In this document: positions 15,712 through 18,061 of the stretch, piece after piece | How positions within the stretch are numbered: the stretch's first letter is position 1 | Layout of the letters: each line of letters begins with the position of its first letter | Origin: Kofleriaceae bacterium | GTDB lineage: Bacteria > Myxococcota_A > Polyangia > Haliangiales > Haliangiaceae | Direction of reading: 5' to 3' | Length of the DNA: 18,061 nucleotides | Assembly (NCBI GenBank): GCA_046597055.1 | Contig: JBKJLC010000045.1 | Location: 1 to 18,061 of the forward strand | The notes under the pieces: generated by a model | Seen by the model: the letters and a program-made list of their open reading frames with translations, nothing else | Database searches by the model: none | Told to the model about the DNA's origin: nothing | Made by a program: the position numbers and the translations under genes

Positions 15712-16548
15712 GTGGCCGACGTGTTCCTGTTCGGTGCCGGCTCGATGCTCGGCTGGTCGCTCTGGCGGGAGCGGCCGCTCGCCGTCGACGGGTTCTGCAA
15801 CGCGTCGACCCGCGCGCTGCCCGCGGGCATCACGCGCGCGATCGATCTCGACGACGCGCCCGCGGTGCGCGAGCTGTTCGCGCGCGAGCGGCCGGCGCTC
15901 GTCATCAACTGCGCCGGCGTGTGCGACGTCGAGACCTGCGAGCGGTCGCCCGAGTTCGCGTGGGCGGTCAACGTCGAGGCCACGCGGCTGCTGGTCGAGC
16001 ACGCGCCGCCCGCGACCCGCGTCGTCCACTGCTCGAGCGATCACGTGTTCGGCGGCGATCATGGCCCGTATCGCGAGGACTCGCCGACCGCGCCGATCAG
16101 CGTCTACGGACGCACCCGGGTCGCCGCCGAGGCGCTGGTGCTGGCCCGGCCGGGCACGCTGGTGGTCCGCGCCGGTCTGTGGATCGGACCCTCGGCGACC
16201 GGCCGCATCGGGCACCTCGACTGGCTGCGCCACCGCCAGCGGCGCGGGCTGCCGATGACCGTGGTCTCCGACGAGCACCGGTCGGCGGTGTGGGCCGAGG
16301 ATGCCGCGCGCCGGGTGTGGCAGCTCGCGCGCGCCGACGTGACCGGCATCCGCCACGTGACCGCGACCCGGGCGGTGTCGCGCCCCGAGCTCGCCGCCTA
16401 CCTGGTCGACCGCTTCGCGATCGGCGCCTGCTTCGCCCTCGAGGCGCGCGCCGATCGCCGCACGCCGCACCTCGGCCACGTCGAGCTGGCGACCCGCTAC
16501 ACCGACGCGCTGGCGGCGCCCCTGCCGTCGGTGGTGCCGTGGGCGTGA
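15712..16548 (+). CDS. RmlD-like (dTDP-4-dehydrorhamnose reductase family) extended SDR
   Basis: VFLFGAGSMLG, PALVINCAG, AWAVNVEAT, SSDHVFGG, YREDSPTAPISVYGRTR, GIRHVT. Start GTG 15712 directly precedes the Rossmann strand. Confidence 0.88.
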   Translation: MADVFLFGAGSMLGWSLWRERPLAVDGFCNASTRALPAGITRAIDLDDAPAVRELFARERPALVINCAGVCDVETCERSPEFAWAVNVEATRLLVEHAPPATRVVHCSSDHVFGGDHGPYREDSPTAPISVYGRTRVAAEALVLARPGTLVVRAGLWIGPSATGRIGHLDWLRHRQRRGLPMTVVSDEHRSAVWAEDAARRVWQLARADVTGIRHVTATRAVSRPELAAYLVDRFAIGACFALEARADRRTPHLGHVELATRYTDALAAPLPSVVPWA

Positions 16549-16570
16549 CGCCCCGCGCGGCCGCGCGCCC

Positions 16571-17572
16571 TCAGTAGCACTGGAGGACGAGCCACGACTT
16601 GTCGAACGCGCGCGCGGCCAGGTCCGCGTGGCGGATCCAGAAGTAGATCCGCCCGCCGTCCGCCCACACCCAGCCGGGACCGTCCGCGTCGCTGTCGATC
16701 TGGAGCAGCAGCTGCCAGGTCGCGCCGGCCTCGCGGAGCAAGGCCTCGGCCCGGGGCAGGTCGGCCTCGTCGACGACGATCCCGTCGTCGCCGTCGCCGT
16801 CGTCGTCGTCGTCGTTCGCTCCGCCGTCGCCGGCCTCGTCCTCGTCGTCGAGGTCGTCATCGGCGACCTCACGCTCGTCGTCGTCCTCGTCGTCCTCGTC
16901 GAGGTCCGCGCCCGCCCAGGCGAAGCCGTTGGTGACGAGCTGACACTCGCCGCGCATGTCGCCCTGGACCAGCTGGGGATGGCCGAGCAGGTGGTGGTGC
17001 GGGCTGCCTTCCACGACGTCCGCGATCGCCTGGTACGCATCGCAGTGCTCGGGGGCGACCTCGAGCCCGGCATCCACCAGCACGCAGTCCATCGGATCGG
17101 GCAGCTCGACGGTCGGGTCGAACGTCAGCGTGCACAGGTCGAAGGGCCCGCCGGCGCTGTCGATCTCGGGATGCGGGCAGCGCGTCAGCGTCTCGGGCCC
17201 GCTGTCGATGTGCACCACGCAAGCGCTGCCCTCGTCGTCCGGATCGAAGCCCCACGGCTGCTCGACCGCGTCATAGAAGAACAGCAGCCAGCCGGCGGCG
17301 GGCAGGCCGGGCGCACGGATCGCCGCCAGCTCGAGCTGGGCGAGGAAGGTCAGCGGTGCGCCCTCGCGCGTGGGCCACACGAACCCGGCTGGCACGTCGG
17401 GGCTGCCACCGAACCGCGACGCCCCCATCGGCAGGCGCGCCGCGGTCGCCCGGGTGGCAACGATCCGCACCCCCGGCGTGGCGAGCGCGGCCAGCGCCGC
17501 GGCGTCGGGGATGCCGGCGCGCTGCAGCGTGGCCGCGAGATCGGTGCGATCGAGATCAGGAGCCGAGGTCAC
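16571..17572 (-). CDS. DUF1963 (YwqG-like) protein with acidic low-complexity insert
   Basis: SRFGGSPDVP...WP...PLTFLAQL, LPAAGWLLFFYD, HHLLGHPQLVQ, WQLLLQIDSD, WADGGRIYFWI...F...W...QC. Confidence 0.9.
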   Translation of the reverse strand: MTSAPDLDRTDLAATLQRAGIPDAAALAALATPGVRIVATRATAARLPMGASRFGGSPDVPAGFVWPTREGAPLTFLAQLELAAIRAPGLPAAGWLLFFYDAVEQPWGFDPDDEGSACVVHIDSGPETLTRCPHPEIDSAGGPFDLCTLTFDPTVELPDPMDCVLVDAGLEVAPEHCDAYQAIADVVEGSPHHHLLGHPQLVQGDMRGECQLVTNGFAWAGADLDEDDEDDDEREVADDDLDDEDEAGDGGANDDDDDGDGDDGIVVDEADLPRAEALLREAGATWQLLLQIDSDADGPGWVWADGGRIYFWIRHADLAARAFDKSWLVLQCY

Positions 17573-17578
17573 CGGCGC

Positions 17579-17584
17579 ACTCTA
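17579..17584 (-). promoter_or_regulatory. Putative -10 box (TAGAGT on - strand), leaderless-type promoter
   Basis: 6 nt before GTG 17572; same hexamer as at 321. Confidence 0.45.
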
Positions 17585-17656
17585 GCCGCGTTCGGCCGCG
17601 AGGAGACCGCCCGGGCGCGCCGCGTGGCGTCCGGCGTCGTGGCCGGCCGCGGCCGG

Positions 17657-17875
17657 TCAAGCGTCGGCGTCGCCCGATCGGAACCCGACCCGCGTGTGCG
17701 AGCCATCGCAGAACGGCTTGTTGGCCGAGTGCCCGCAGCGGTACAGCGCGAGCTTCGCGGCGCGCTCGATCGTGCGGCCGGTCCCCATGCCCAGCTCGAG
17801 ATTGCTCGTGACCAGCAGCGGCCCATCGACCGCGGGCGTGATCGTCACCGGGCCGTTGCGCACCGCCAGCGGTTG
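17657..17875 (-). pseudogene. C-terminal fragment of a CDGSH iron-sulfur domain protein, probably decayed
   Basis: QPLAVRNGPVTITPAVDGPLLVTSNLEL...LYRCGHSANKPFCDGSH. The first Cys of CxCxxSxxxPFCDGSH is Tyr. Sequence upstream of ~17875 has no resemblance to the family and no convincing start. Confidence 0.7.
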
Positions 17876-18061
17876 GGCGCACCCGTGTGCCCAGGTGCTC
17901 GAGCGGCACCCGCAGCGACCACAGGCCGCGATTACAGCCGAGAGGGGGCGCGCCGATCGCGACGGCCGCACGCCGGCTGCGACTTGACCGCGGTTCGCGG
18001 CTAGGATCGCACGGGTCACCTCGAATCAGCCGCCAGCCGGACCGGCCAGGAGTAGCGCCAT

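Noticed and set aside
16541..16570. Short palindromes between the convergent SDR and DUF1963 genes as a terminator
   Set aside because: All-GC, no U-tract on either strand, and expected by chance at this GC content.

Overview
Very GC-rich bacterial DNA. The gene content (eukaryote-like Ser/Thr kinases, an FHA-sigma54 activator) suggests Myxococcota, which is an inference. The core is a co-oriented + strand cluster: membrane Ser/Thr kinase with WD40 repeats, a second Ser/Thr kinase, an FHA/degenerate-GGDEF/AAA+/Fis sigma54 activator, a double-glycine peptide, a C39 peptidase ABC exporter (PCAT), a HlyD adaptor, and two more double-glycine Cys-containing peptides with LxLxRx5L-type leaders. No modifying enzyme or immunity gene is recognisable in the window. 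Four sigma54-type -24/-12 motifs lie 14-15 nt before the starts of the activator, peptide 1, the PCAT and peptide 2, and a recurring GCGCA-N6-TGCRC palindrome is a candidate enhancer. Together these suggest a kinase/FHA/sigma54-controlled peptide export (bacteriocin or signalling) circuit. A 29-bp direct repeat brackets the WD40 kinase and duplicates the 5' end of the second kinase. Downstream are two exported amidohydrolase-fold enzymes, an RmlD-like SDR, a DUF1963 protein with an acidic insert and a decayed CDGSH fragment. Most genes look leaderless.
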